From: Flavobacteriales bacterium
GTDB taxonomy: Bacteria > Bacteroidota > Bacteroidia > Flavobacteriales_D > UBA2798
Direction of reading: 5' to 3'
NCBI GenBank assembly: GCA_035299065.1
Contig: DATGXI010000034.1
Coordinates: forward strand, 6,232 to 70,231
Length of the DNA: 64,000 nucleotides
The position numbers were made by a program, and so were the translations under genes. Of this stretch, positions 20,606 to 31,469 are shown piece by piece (the stretch's first letter is position 1; every line of letters begins with the position of its first letter). The notes below the pieces were generated by a model. The model searched no databases and was not told where the DNA came from. It saw nothing but the letters and a program-made list of their open reading frames with translations.

Positions 20606-21196
20606 ATGAACTTTAATTTAACCGAAATAGGAAAAGCAACCATGATTTTGCTTGCCGTGATTGATATCATTGGCTCAATTCCCATGGTTATTGAAATAAA
20701 AAACAAAGCGGGTGGTACTATTTTTCCCTTCAGGGCCACCATGGTTTCACTTGGCATCATGATTGGTGTGCTTTTTCTTGGCGAAGGAATTTTAAAAGTA
20801 ATTGGCATTGGTTTCAATGAATTTGCCGTTGCCGGGTCATTTGTTTTATTTTTTATGTCGCTTGAAATGATTCTTGGTATAAAACTGTTTCGCGATGAAG
20901 GGCTTTCAAAAACAGCCTACATTGTACCCCTTGCATTTCCACTTATTGCCGGTGCAGGAACAATGACCACTATTTTATCTATACGTGCCGAGTTTGCAAC
21001 CGAAAATATTATTGTAGCCATTGTACTTAATTCGCTTTTAATATACGCAGTGTTAAAATCGCTTGGCTACCTTGAAAAATTACTGGGCGTAGGTGGCATT
21101 GCCGTTATGCGTAAAGTTTTTGGCATTGTATTATTGGCCATGGCCGTAAAATTGTTTTCGACCAATATAACCGCATTATTTAACGTAGCACATTGA
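20606..21196 (+). CDS. MarC-family (UPF0056) integral membrane protein
   Basis: 196 aa, 6 TM helices, AGAGT-containing helix typical of MarC. Confidence 0.75.
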   Translation: MNFNLTEIGKATMILLAVIDIIGSIPMVIEIKNKAGGTIFPFRATMVSLGIMIGVLFLGEGILKVIGIGFNEFAVAGSFVLFFMSLEMILGIKLFRDEGLSKTAYIVPLAFPLIAGAGTMTTILSIRAEFATENIIVAIVLNSLLIYAVLKSLGYLEKLLGVGGIAVMRKVFGIVLLAMAVKLFSTNITALFNVAH

Positions 21197-21678
21197 TTGA
21201 GTTGTATACAGACGGAGCAGCGCAAGGCAACCCGGGTCCGGGAGGTTACGGTCTCATATTGCGTTCAGGCAAACATTACAAGGAAATGAGCGAGGGTTTT
21301 GAACGCACTACCAATAACCGCATGGAATTGCTGGCCGTTATTGTTGGCCTTGAGCAAATCAAACAACCGGGTTCGGCCGTAATGGTTTATTCAGATTCAA
21401 AATACGTAGTTGACGCAACTGAGAAAGGGTGGATCAAAGGCTGGCAGGCGCGCGGATTTAAAAAAGTAAAAAACGTTGATTTGTGGAAACGTTTTATACA
21501 AATTGCTGCCAAACACAAAGTGAAATTTACATGGATAAGGGGTCATGCAGGTCATCCTGAAAATGAGCGATGCGATCAATTGGCCGTTGCCGCAGCAAAC
21601 ATGGCTAAAAAATCAATTGATCATGGCTACCTCGAAAGCCTTGCCGCTGGTGAACAAAATTTTTTTGAGGGCGAATAA
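21193..21678 (+). CDS. rnhA: ribonuclease HI
   Basis: 161 aa. YTDGAAQGNPGPGGYG, NNRMEL and GHAGHPENERCDQLA. TTG start overlaps the MarC stop (TTGA). Confidence 0.9.
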   Translation: MIELYTDGAAQGNPGPGGYGLILRSGKHYKEMSEGFERTTNNRMELLAVIVGLEQIKQPGSAVMVYSDSKYVVDATEKGWIKGWQARGFKKVKNVDLWKRFIQIAAKHKVKFTWIRGHAGHPENERCDQLAVAAANMAKKSIDHGYLESLAAGEQNFFEGE

Positions 21679-21934
21679 TTGCTTTAACATTCTTCCCAAA
21701 AAAACATTACAACCAACCTGTTTTTATACGCAGTTGAATTGGCCCATTTTGGCCTTGTTGAATGCAAAAGCATTTACAGCCTAAAAAGCAAGGAAAAATA
21801 ATATTTTTAAGGCGTTTCTTAATTGCCTGATAGTGTGTTTAAGACATGCCCAAACCTTCTGAAAAACACCCCTTTAACCTATATTATCATTCCCGTTCCA
21901 AAACTTTGGTTAATTTTAAAATAACGGCCAACCT

Positions 21935-24595
21935 ATGTGGAGTATTTTAGCACGTATCATAATTCGTAAACGCTGGTTTATCCTGCTTTTATTGCTGGGT
22001 TTAACCGGCATGTTTGGTTATTACACTACCAAAATTCAACTTAACCGTGAAATTGCCGATATGTTACCACCCGATGATACCAACCAGGTGGTATTTCGCA
22101 AAATGCGGCAACTTTTTGGTGAAGAGGGAATGGTGATTGCTGTTGGTATTAAAGACAAAGATCTTTACACACCAAAAAAATTCAAAGCCTGGTATGATTT
22201 AGGCAATGAGTTAAAAGACCTTGAAGGTGTAGATTCCGTTTTTTCTGAAGCCAACATGTATTACCTGGTGCTTGACACGGGTAAAAAAGATTTTGTGCTG
22301 CGAAAAACATTTAACAAATATCCTTCCACGCAAGCTGAACTGGACTCATTAAAAAAGTTTACACGTTCGCAACCGTTTTACGAAGACATTATGTTTAACA
22401 ATCAAAAAGGCACATCGGTCATGATGGTGTTTGTGAATGTTAAGCGTTTTAATTCGCAGTACCGCGGCAACCTGATTCCCGACATTATGGCTGCGGCCGA
22501 AAAGTACAGGCCGTTTTTTAAAGAATTCCATTACTCGGGATTGCCACTTATACGCGATACACTTTTCAGGAGCTTAAAAGGCGAGCTGTTGCTGTTTGTC
22601 ATTCTTTCGGTATTTGCATCTGCAGTTATTTTATACCTGTTTTTCCGCTCATTTACGGTATTGTTCATATGCATGCTTACCATCATCATGGGGCTTGTGT
22701 GGTCATTTGGGTCAATTGGATTACTGGGTTACAAAGTTTCGGCACTTATGAGCCTTATACCACCGCTCATGATCATTATTGCTATTCCCAATTGCATTTA
22801 CCTCATCAACAAATACCACCAGGAATACCAACGTTCAAAAAATAAAATGAAAGCGCTTACCATGGTTATTTACAAGCTGGGCGCTGCTACCTTTATTACC
22901 AATGCCAATACAGCACTCGGTTTTCTTACGTTTATTTTTACAGGCAATACAAAACTTTTGCAATTTGGTGTCATTACTTCGTTCAACGTAATGGCCATGT
23001 TCCTTATTTCGCTCACGTTTATACCCATCCTGTTTACGTTTTTTCCATCTCCTTCGGTAAAACACACCAAGCATCTTGATAAAAAATGGTCGCTCAACAT
23101 CATTTCGCGTCTTACCAACCTTATACTTTACAGGCGTAAATTAATTTATGTATTAACCATTTTAATAACCGTTGGAAGCTTTTTTGGTATTTTTTATATA
23201 CGCACTACCGGTAATATTGCCAGTGATTTGCCGGCCGACTCGCCTGTTGTTGCCGACTTAAACTATTTTGAAAAAGAATCGGGCGGTATCATGCCCATGG
23301 AAATTGTTATCAACTCGAAAGAAAAAGGGCAAATTACCAAGGACAAAACTATCCACAAAATTGATTCCATTCAACAATACCTGCGGCAGGATAAAATTTA
23401 TTCAAAGTCCATTTCAATTGTTGATGCCGTAAAATTAGTGAACCAGGCCATGCACGGTGGCGATGTGGCGTATTATGATTTTCTTGAGCAGTCTGACAAA
23501 CGTTTGTTGTTGAAGTTTCGTGATAAGCTCAAAGGTAAACGGGGTAATCTTAAAAGTTTTGTTGACAGTACTGAAACGCTTACGCGTATTACCGCCAGCA
23601 TGGCCGACATTGGTTCGGTTGAAATTGTTCAAAAGCAAACAACTCTTCTGGCCGTAATTGATTCCATTCTTAATCCTGATAAGGCCAGGGTAACCGTGGT
23701 TATTGACCGTATAAACCGCAACAAATTAAAAGGCGATGAACGCATTGCTGCCGTTAATGCCTTGTTTGATGAAAACAACCGGTTCAGGAATCGTACCGTT
23801 GAATTGATTGCCGGAAGTGATACCAGCGCACGGTACATTGAACTGGATGAAAACCCTGAGTTGCTGGAAAAAGAAATGGTAAAACCTGATTTTGGCGAAA
23901 AACTGCGTATCGCATACAAAACCACCCAATACGAAACACAGGTTACCGGTACCTCTACCTTGTTTGCCAAAGGAACCAACTACATGATTGACGACATGGT
24001 GCAAAGTTTAATATTTGCCATACTAACCATATCGGCACTTATGTTCTTTTTATTTACCTCGGCACGCATGATTATAATTTCATTGGTGCCCAACATTATT
24101 CCGCAAATTATGATTGCCGGCCTGATGGGTATTTTTGATTTACCGATTAAACCTTCTACCATACTTGTATTTAGTCTTGCCTACGGTATTTCGGTTGACA
24201 ACAGTATTCATTTCCTGGCCAAATACCGGCAGGAGTTAAAAGCACAACATTTTAACATAAAGCAATGTGTAATTGTTAGTTTACGCGAAACATTCCTTAG
24301 CCAGGTATACACAAGTATTGTGTTATTGCTCGGGTTCAGTATGTTTTGTTTCTCCAGTTTTGGAGCCACCGTAGCCCTGGGAATTTTGGTTTCATTGTCA
24401 CTTTTTATTGCCATGTTCTGCAATTTAATTATTCTGCCTGCCTTGTTGCTTTCACTTGACCGTTACATTGCTGTAAAAGCTTACCAGGAGCCTTTCCTGA
24501 GCATTTATGACGAGGAAGAAGACATTGATTTAAGTGAACTGGAAATACGAAAACCTGACGAAGAATTACCACTTGAGGAATTAAAAGACGAATAA
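21935..24595 (+). CDS. RND-superfamily exporter (MMPL/SSD-type)
   Basis: 886 aa. Two bundles of about 6 TM helices, each preceded by a large soluble loop, and an acidic C-terminal tail. Confidence 0.75.
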   Translation: MWSILARIIIRKRWFILLLLLGLTGMFGYYTTKIQLNREIADMLPPDDTNQVVFRKMRQLFGEEGMVIAVGIKDKDLYTPKKFKAWYDLGNELKDLEGVDSVFSEANMYYLVLDTGKKDFVLRKTFNKYPSTQAELDSLKKFTRSQPFYEDIMFNNQKGTSVMMVFVNVKRFNSQYRGNLIPDIMAAAEKYRPFFKEFHYSGLPLIRDTLFRSLKGELLLFVILSVFASAVILYLFFRSFTVLFICMLTIIMGLVWSFGSIGLLGYKVSALMSLIPPLMIIIAIPNCIYLINKYHQEYQRSKNKMKALTMVIYKLGAATFITNANTALGFLTFIFTGNTKLLQFGVITSFNVMAMFLISLTFIPILFTFFPSPSVKHTKHLDKKWSLNIISRLTNLILYRRKLIYVLTILITVGSFFGIFYIRTTGNIASDLPADSPVVADLNYFEKESGGIMPMEIVINSKEKGQITKDKTIHKIDSIQQYLRQDKIYSKSISIVDAVKLVNQAMHGGDVAYYDFLEQSDKRLLLKFRDKLKGKRGNLKSFVDSTETLTRITASMADIGSVEIVQKQTTLLAVIDSILNPDKARVTVVIDRINRNKLKGDERIAAVNALFDENNRFRNRTVELIAGSDTSARYIELDENPELLEKEMVKPDFGEKLRIAYKTTQYETQVTGTSTLFAKGTNYMIDDMVQSLIFAILTISALMFFLFTSARMIIISLVPNIIPQIMIAGLMGIFDLPIKPSTILVFSLAYGISVDNSIHFLAKYRQELKAQHFNIKQCVIVSLRETFLSQVYTSIVLLLGFSMFCFSSFGATVALGILVSLSLFIAMFCNLIILPALLLSLDRYIAVKAYQEPFLSIYDEEEDIDLSELEIRKPDEELPLEELKDE

Positions 24596-24613
24596 AGACC
24601 AATTCTTACAAAC

Positions 24614-25477
24614 ATGAAAGGAATTATACTTGCCGGTGGGTCCGGTACACGTTTGCATCCGCTAACACTCGCCATTAGCAAGCAGTTGATGCCTGTGTAT
24701 GACAAACCAATGATTTATTACCCGCTTTCTACGTTGCTGACAGCTGGTATAAAAGACATTCTTATAATAAGCACGCCACACGACTTACCCATGTTTGAAA
24801 AACTACTTGGTTCGGGAAACCAAATTGGCTGTAATTTTTCATATGCCGTACAGGAAGTTCCAAACGGACTTGCACAGGCATTTGTAATTGGCTCAAGTTT
24901 TATAGGAAATGAAAACGCGGCTCTTGTTTTGGGTGACAATATTTTTTACGGTTCAGGCATGGACAAAACCCTGGTTGAGGCCGCTACCAATATCCATGGC
25001 GGAGTTGTGTTTGCCTACCACGTAAGTGATCCTGAACGTTACGGTGTGGTTGAATTTGATAAAAACATGCAGGCTATTTCCATTGAGGAAAAGCCAAAAC
25101 AGCCAAAATCAAATTATGCCGTGCCTGGTTTGTATTTTTACGACAATTCAGTTGTAAACATTGCAAAAAATCTGAAACCAAGTGCACGTGGCGAATACGA
25201 AATTACCGATGTGAATAAGGAATATTTAAAAAACGGAAAGCTAAACGTTTCTATACTTGACCGTGGAACGGCATGGCTTGACACAGGAACATTTACCTCA
25301 CTTATGCAAGCTGCACAATACGTACAGGTAATTGAAGAACGCCAGGGCTTAAAAATTGGCTGCATTGAAGAAATTGCCTACCGCAAAGGATTTATTAATG
25401 CTGAGCAACTTGAAAAAATTGCACAACCCCTGACCAAAAGTGGTTATGGAAACTATCTTTTAAATTTACTGAAATAA
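24614..25477 (+). CDS. rfbA: glucose-1-phosphate thymidylyltransferase
   Basis: 287 aa. [11 protein letters not shown] and LGDNIFYG motifs. Confidence 0.95.
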   Translation: MKGIILAGGSGTRLHPLTLAISKQLMPVYDKPMIYYPLSTLLTAGIKDILIISTPHDLPMFEKLLGSGNQIGCNFSYAVQEVPNGLAQAFVIGSSFIGNENAALVLGDNIFYGSGMDKTLVEAATNIHGGVVFAYHVSDPERYGVVEFDKNMQAISIEEKPKQPKSNYAVPGLYFYDNSVVNIAKNLKPSARGEYEITDVNKEYLKNGKLNVSILDRGTAWLDTGTFTSLMQAAQYVQVIEERQGLKIGCIEEIAYRKGFINAEQLEKIAQPLTKSGYGNYLLNLLK

Positions 25478-25480
25478 CAA

Positions 25481-26449
25481 ATGGATTTTTTAAACGGGTA
25501 CCTGGGCGAAATAGAAGCGGAATTACATGCCATAGCATTACCCGGTGGTCCGGCCAACCTATACGATCCTTTTCGTTATATGCTAAGCCTGGGTGGCAAA
25601 CGTATACGCCCCGCACTAACCCTTATGGGACATACGTTGTATAATACCGACCATAAAAAAGCCATGCCGGCAGCTTTGTGCGTTGAGCTGTTCCATAATT
25701 TTTCGCTCATTCATGACGATATTATGGATAAAGCGCCTTTGCGCAGGGGGAAAGCCACCGTGCACACCAGGTGGAATGAAACAATTGGCATCCTGTCAGG
25801 CGATGTAATGTTGGTTAACACGTATAAAATGCTTACCGAAAATTATACCGGTGACGTGTTGGTGCGCCTCCTGAAAGTTTACAATAACACAGCCATTGAA
25901 GTGTGCGAGGGACAGCAAATGGATATGGATTTTGAATCACGAAACAACGTAAGTGTTGAAGAATACGAGCAAATGATATCGCTTAAGACTTCAGTACTTT
26001 TGGGCTGTGCATTAAAAATGGGTGCTATAACCGGTGGGGCCAATGAAAACGATGCCAACCATTTATATGAGTTTGGAAAAAACATTGGAATTGCATTTCA
26101 ATTACGCGATGATTACCTGGATGCATTTGGTGATCCCGTTAAAACAGGCAAACAACCCGGTGGCGATATTCTGGCAGGTAAAAAAACATTTTTAATGATT
26201 GAATGCAATACCCTTGCAAACAATGGCGATAAAGAAAAACTGGGCCAGTTGCTGAATGACAAATCCAGTGAAAAAGTTAAATCAACCCTTGACTTATTTA
26301 AAAAATACAAAGTGGATGAGTTGACTCAAAAAGAAGTAGCCCGCTTCCAGCATTTGGCCATGGACCACCTGGCAAAAGTAAGTGTGGGCGATGAAAAGAA
26401 AAAACCCCTGGTTGGATTGGCCAATTATTTACTGAACAGGGAACATTAA
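25481..26449 (+). CDS. polyprenyl diphosphate synthase (trans-isoprenyl, chain length not determinable)
   Basis: 322 aa with two DDxxD motifs (FSLIHDDIMD, FQLRDDYLD). Confidence 0.85.
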   Translation: MDFLNGYLGEIEAELHAIALPGGPANLYDPFRYMLSLGGKRIRPALTLMGHTLYNTDHKKAMPAALCVELFHNFSLIHDDIMDKAPLRRGKATVHTRWNETIGILSGDVMLVNTYKMLTENYTGDVLVRLLKVYNNTAIEVCEGQQMDMDFESRNNVSVEEYEQMISLKTSVLLGCALKMGAITGGANENDANHLYEFGKNIGIAFQLRDDYLDAFGDPVKTGKQPGGDILAGKKTFLMIECNTLANNGDKEKLGQLLNDKSSEKVKSTLDLFKKYKVDELTQKEVARFQHLAMDHLAKVSVGDEKKKPLVGLANYLLNREH

Positions 26450-26539
26450 ACGATTATAAATTATTTGACTGAAGTTTGATTCTATTTGCTGAATTCAATC
26501 TTACTTCAAACTTCTGGAACTTTAAATAACACATAAACA

Positions 26540-27277
26540 TTGAATATAATTTGCATTATACCCGCCCGCTTTGCCAGCACCCGTTTTCCGGGTAAACCAT
26601 TAGTTGACATTGGCGGCAAGTCAATGATACAACGCGTTTACGAACAGGCACAAAAAGCAAAGGGAATCACAAAAATTATTGTGGCAACCGATGATGAACG
26701 AATTGAAAAAGCTGTAAAAAAATTTGGTGGAAATGTTGTTATGACCTCACCACATCACCAAAGCGGAACCGACAGGTGTGCCGAGGTGGTTAAATATACC
26801 GATGAAGAATTTGACATTGTTATAAACGTGCAGGGCGATGAACCCTTTATTCACCCCGAGCAAATTGAACAGGTTGCCAAAACACTTGCCCAGCACAATA
26901 CCGAAATTGCAAGCCTGGTTCGCCTGGTAAAAAATAACGATGATGTTTTTGATCCCTCAAAAGTCAAAGTGACGCTTGACTATACTAAAAAGGCCTTGTA
27001 TTTTAGCCGTAGCCCTATTCCATTTAACCGCAATGCAGGTGACAAAAACTGGATAAGCGATACCGATTATTACCTTCATGTAGGCATATACGGTTACCGT
27101 GCCGATGTGCTGCGCGAAATAAGCGCACTGCCAACCGGCAAACTTGAATTAAGCGAATCACTTGAACAATTGCGCTGGCTTGAGAACGGGTATGCCATTC
27201 ACATGGACATAACCAGCCACGAAAGTTATGGAATTGACACACCTGAAGACCTGGAAAACATAAAACACATGCTTTAA
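26540..27277 (+). CDS. kdsB: 3-deoxy-manno-octulosonate cytidylyltransferase
   Basis: 245 aa. IIPARFASTRFPGKPL and NVQGDEPF motifs. TTG start. Confidence 0.9.
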   Translation: MNIICIIPARFASTRFPGKPLVDIGGKSMIQRVYEQAQKAKGITKIIVATDDERIEKAVKKFGGNVVMTSPHHQSGTDRCAEVVKYTDEEFDIVINVQGDEPFIHPEQIEQVAKTLAQHNTEIASLVRLVKNNDDVFDPSKVKVTLDYTKKALYFSRSPIPFNRNAGDKNWISDTDYYLHVGIYGYRADVLREISALPTGKLELSESLEQLRWLENGYAIHMDITSHESYGIDTPEDLENIKHML

Positions 27278-27281
27278 TGCC

Positions 27282-27797
27282 ATGGCAAGCTCCATAAAAA
27301 CAATTGCTTTATCAACCGATAATATCAGGGCGCTTAATCAACGAAAGAAACTAAATTTCATAGCTATCGCCTTAATTAACGGTGTTTCGTTAACTGTACT
27401 TACGCTATTTTTTCTTTTTTATACGAAAAACAACCAGGCGGCAAAAGTAACCATGTATGTCATCGTTCCCTTTAGTGCCATAAGTTTTACCATTAGCCTG
27501 CTTGTTACTATAAAGCGCATTAATCTCGTTTTGCAAAGTGGCGTAAAATACGTTGAGCTTATCAAACAACATGAAATAAAAGAAGAAAAAAGCCATACAA
27601 CCAACTCAAGTGAAAAAGCTGTTACCTTTACTTACTTTTTTATTATAACACAAGATCAACGGAAATTGCGCATTACTCCCCAACAAAAAGAAAAGGCGCT
27701 GCTCCAGAATGAATTTATAGTTGAGTATACGCTGGCCGATAAAATTCCGGTTGTGGATGCCTTATATACCAATGCTGAAAAAATAGTTGTCAGCTGA
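27282..27797 (+). CDS. hypothetical membrane protein
   Basis: 171 aa with 2 TM helices. The C-terminal segment is related to the next ORF. Confidence 0.4.
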   Translation: MASSIKTIALSTDNIRALNQRKKLNFIAIALINGVSLTVLTLFFLFYTKNNQAAKVTMYVIVPFSAISFTISLLVTIKRINLVLQSGVKYVELIKQHEIKEEKSHTTNSSEKAVTFTYFFIITQDQRKLRITPQQKEKALLQNEFIVEYTLADKIPVVDALYTNAEKIVVS

Positions 27798-28443
27798 ATG
27801 TGCGCATCCAAGCATTAACATGAGTCCTCCCGTTAAAATACCGCTTACAACAAATGACAGGAAGTCCATCAGGCGCAGAATGGCCGGTAATTACATAGCC
27901 CTTGTTGTTATTCCCGGCAGCCTTGTGGCAGCCATTCCATTATCGGCCGAAGTATATTCCATGTCACAAACCATTTTGCCCTGGATTGTCAACGCTGCGC
28001 TGCTTTCACTGGCTGTTTATTTAGCTTTTGTATTCATACGCACCTTAAAACGGCTGGGCCGGCTTTTGGCCGATGGAAAGAAATTCCGGGAGCGTGTTTC
28101 GCTTTCAACTGCAAAAGCGTATGAAACCAGGAACACGACCAGCAAGGGCGTACGCATAAGTTATACCCTTGAAATGCATGATGCGTTCAGATTTATAATT
28201 ACGTACAGGCAATTTGTACTGATCAATAAATTAAACGAATTTTTTATAGAGTACAAACCTTACAACCACAACACCATTGATGTTGTTCAAACCCTTGATT
28301 TCAATAAGGAAATTGAAGAACTGCAGGAGACCAATACCTGGAATGATGCTGATTTTCCTGCTAAAATTGATGCTGCGTTGGCACGCATCAGAAGCCGTAC
28401 CGATAAGGATCCGGATGCACCGGGTGAACCTACTGATAATTAG
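27787..28443 (+). CDS. hypothetical membrane protein (paralog of previous ORF)
   Basis: 218 aa with 2 TM helices. Shares FIIT..Q...NEF(I/F)(V/I)EY...(V/I)D motifs with 27282-27797. 11-bp overlap. Confidence 0.4.
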   Translation: MSAECAHPSINMSPPVKIPLTTNDRKSIRRRMAGNYIALVVIPGSLVAAIPLSAEVYSMSQTILPWIVNAALLSLAVYLAFVFIRTLKRLGRLLADGKKFRERVSLSTAKAYETRNTTSKGVRISYTLEMHDAFRFIITYRQFVLINKLNEFFIEYKPYNHNTIDVVQTLDFNKEIEELQETNTWNDADFPAKIDAALARIRSRTDKDPDAPGEPTDN

Positions 28444-28510
28444 CCCCCTGGTTTATTCCTTTTTCATTTTCAAGCGGATTTTTATACACATAAAATCGTA
28501 ATTTCGCTGC

Positions 28511-31465
28511 ATGGAATACAATCACCGCGATATCGAAAAAAAATGGCAGGCTTACTGGGCTAAGGAAAAAACGTTTAAAGCCGAAAACGATTCTTCCAAA
28601 CCAAAATATTATGTGCTTGACATGTTCCCTTACCCATCAGGTGCAGGCTTACATGTTGGTCACCCGCTTGGATACATTGCCAGTGACATTGTAACACGTT
28701 ACAAACGGTTGAAAGGATTCAATGTATTGCATCCCATGGGCTATGACAGTTTTGGCTTACCAGCCGAACAATACGCCATTCAAACAGGACAACATCCTAA
28801 AATTACCACCGAACAAAATATAAAACGCTACCGCGAACAGTTGGATAAAATTGGTTTTTCGTTTGACTGGGACCGCGAAGTACAAACATCTGACCCGAAT
28901 TATTATAAATGGACGCAGTGGATATTCCTGCAATTGTTCAACAGCTGGTATAACCCGCGTACAAACAAAGCCGAAAAATTAGAAACACTTATTGCTGTTT
29001 TTGAAAAAGAAGGGTTTAAAGGAAATGAACACGATATTTTAACGGGCGATATTGAAAAAGACCTTGCTCCCTTTACCGCAGTTGAATGGAAAAGTTTTGA
29101 TCTTAAAAAACAAAACGATGTGCTCATGAACTTTCGCCTGGCTTATTTGGGCGAAGCCTATGTAAACTGGTGCCCGGCCATGGGAACGGTTTTAGCCAAC
29201 GATGAAGTAAAAGACGGAGTGAGCGAACGTGGCGGACATCCTGTAGAAAGAAAATTAATGAAACAATGGAGCATGCGTATAACTGCGTATGCACAACGCC
29301 TGTTAGACGGGTTGGATACCATTGACTGGAGCGATAGTTTGAAAGAAGCACAACGCAACTGGATTGGCAGGAGCCAGGGATGTAGTATTAAATTCCGAAT
29401 TTCGAATTTCGAAGGGGATATCGAAGTTTTCACCACCCGGCCTGATACCTTGTTTGGTGTTTCGTATTTAACATTGGCACCCGAGCACGAATTGGTTGAT
29501 AAAATTGTAAGTGCTGAACAAAAAGACAACGTTACCGCTTACGTTACTTATGCCAAAAACAGGAGTGAACGCGAGCGCATGGCCGATGTAAAAAAAGTAA
29601 CCGGTGAATTTACCGGTGCATATGCCATTCACCCGTTTACCAATGAAAAAATTCCGGTTTGGATTGGTGATTATGTATTGGCTGGATATGGAACAGGTGC
29701 TGTTATGGCTGTGCCTGCGCACGATGAGCGCGACCATGCATTTGCCAGGCATTTTGGTTTACAGTTGAAACAGGTGATTGAATTGCCTGAAGGTTGGGAC
29801 TTGCAAAAAGCAAGTTATGATGAAAAAAAAGGCAAAGTCATCAACAGCGATTTCATGAATGGTATGGAAGTGGTGGATGCCATTAAAGAATGCATTCAAC
29901 GCATCGAAAACCATAAATTTGGCAAGGGGCAAATCAATTACCGTTTGCGCGATGCCGTGTTTGGCCGCCAGCGTTATTGGGGCGAACCTATTCCCATTTA
30001 TTACAAAGACGGGATTCCGCATGGGATTCCTGAAAACGAATTGCCTTTGACATTGCCCGAGGTAGATAAATATTTACCCACACCTGACGGGGAACCACCC
30101 TTGGCGCGTGCCAATAACTGGAAATACAAAGGGCAATATGAATATGAATTAACCACCATGCCGGGTTGGGCAGGTAGTTCATGGTATTTTTTGCGTTACA
30201 TGGATCCGCACAACACCAAAGCGTTTGCTGATAAAGCAGCCATGGATTACTGGGGCAATGTTGATTTGTATATTGGCGGCAGCGAGCATGCAACAGGACA
30301 TTTATTGTACGTACGCTTCTGGACAAAATTTTTGAAGGATTTTGGTTTGATCAATGTGGATGAACCCGCACAAAAACTGATTAACCAGGGAATGATTGGT
30401 GGGATGTCCGAAAAATTCTATCTTCAAAATATTTATCAACAAGACGATAAGCCTCATTTAGAAATTAGATTTGATTCGGAAGGAAAATTTGAATTAATTG
30501 AGCTCCCGAAATCAATTCAACACATATATGTTAGTGCTGATGTAAGAGAAAAAGGATTTGTAAAGGGATCAATGGACACTTTACATCCAAGAAATCTGCC
30601 TATAGAATTAGTTGATAATTCTACACTGATTGATAGAAAAAAATTCGTTGAGTGGCATTTGCAAGATTCCGAAGCAGTATTTGTTTGCTTAGGTGGATAT
30701 TGGTATAAAGACAATTTTTTTCCATTTAAAAATTCTAAAGAAACTAGCCAGGATTTTAGAACCGTTAGAGAAAACGAAAAAATGTCTAAATCCAAATACA
30801 ATGTTGTTAATCCTGATCAATTGTGTGAAAAATTTGGTGCCGATAGCTTCCGTCTTTATGAAATGTTCCTTGGTCCATTGACTGATTCAAAACCCTGGGA
30901 CACCAAGGGCATTGAAGGTGTTTCGCGTTTCTTAAAAAAACTGTGGCGTTTGTATGCCCATGAAGGCAAACTTGTGTTAAACGATGAAGAACCGTCAAAA
31001 CCTGAATACAAGGCATTGCACAAATGCATTAAACGCGTAACCGAAGACATTGACCGTTATTCGTTCAACACGGTTGTTTCAACGTTCATGATTTGTGTGA
31101 ATGAGTTGAGTGATTTGAAATGCAACAAGCGCAAAATTCTTGAGCCGCTGGCTATTTTATTATCGCCTTACGCACCGCACATTGCCGAAGAGTTGTGGAG
31201 TGAAGCCATATTGGGCCATAAACATTCGGTTACGTATGCTACCTGGCCTGAACTGAATGAATCGTATTTGGTGGAAGATTCATTTGCATTCCCTATTTCG
31301 TTCAACGGTAAAACAAAGTTCAACCTTGAAATGAGTTTAACCCTAACACCTGCCGAGATTGAAAAGCTGGTGATGGAACATGCCGATACCCAACGTTTTT
31401 TAGAAGGGAAACCGGTGAAAAAAGTGATTGTGGTGCCGAAGAAGATTGTGAATATTGTGGTTTAA
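28511..31465 (+). CDS. leuS: leucine--tRNA ligase
   Basis: 984 aa. HVGHPLGY (HIGH), KMSKS at 30779-30793, and a CP1 editing domain. Confidence 0.95.
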   Translation: MEYNHRDIEKKWQAYWAKEKTFKAENDSSKPKYYVLDMFPYPSGAGLHVGHPLGYIASDIVTRYKRLKGFNVLHPMGYDSFGLPAEQYAIQTGQHPKITTEQNIKRYREQLDKIGFSFDWDREVQTSDPNYYKWTQWIFLQLFNSWYNPRTNKAEKLETLIAVFEKEGFKGNEHDILTGDIEKDLAPFTAVEWKSFDLKKQNDVLMNFRLAYLGEAYVNWCPAMGTVLANDEVKDGVSERGGHPVERKLMKQWSMRITAYAQRLLDGLDTIDWSDSLKEAQRNWIGRSQGCSIKFRISNFEGDIEVFTTRPDTLFGVSYLTLAPEHELVDKIVSAEQKDNVTAYVTYAKNRSERERMADVKKVTGEFTGAYAIHPFTNEKIPVWIGDYVLAGYGTGAVMAVPAHDERDHAFARHFGLQLKQVIELPEGWDLQKASYDEKKGKVINSDFMNGMEVVDAIKECIQRIENHKFGKGQINYRLRDAVFGRQRYWGEPIPIYYKDGIPHGIPENELPLTLPEVDKYLPTPDGEPPLARANNWKYKGQYEYELTTMPGWAGSSWYFLRYMDPHNTKAFADKAAMDYWGNVDLYIGGSEHATGHLLYVRFWTKFLKDFGLINVDEPAQKLINQGMIGGMSEKFYLQNIYQQDDKPHLEIRFDSEGKFELIELPKSIQHIYVSADVREKGFVKGSMDTLHPRNLPIELVDNSTLIDRKKFVEWHLQDSEAVFVCLGGYWYKDNFFPFKNSKETSQDFRTVRENEKMSKSKYNVVNPDQLCEKFGADSFRLYEMFLGPLTDSKPWDTKGIEGVSRFLKKLWRLYAHEGKLVLNDEEPSKPEYKALHKCIKRVTEDIDRYSFNTVVSTFMICVNELSDLKCNKRKILEPLAILLSPYAPHIAEELWSEAILGHKHSVTYATWPELNESYLVEDSFAFPISFNGKTKFNLEMSLTLTPAEIEKLVMEHADTQRFLEGKPVKKVIVVPKKIVNIVV

Positions 31466-31469
31466 AAAT

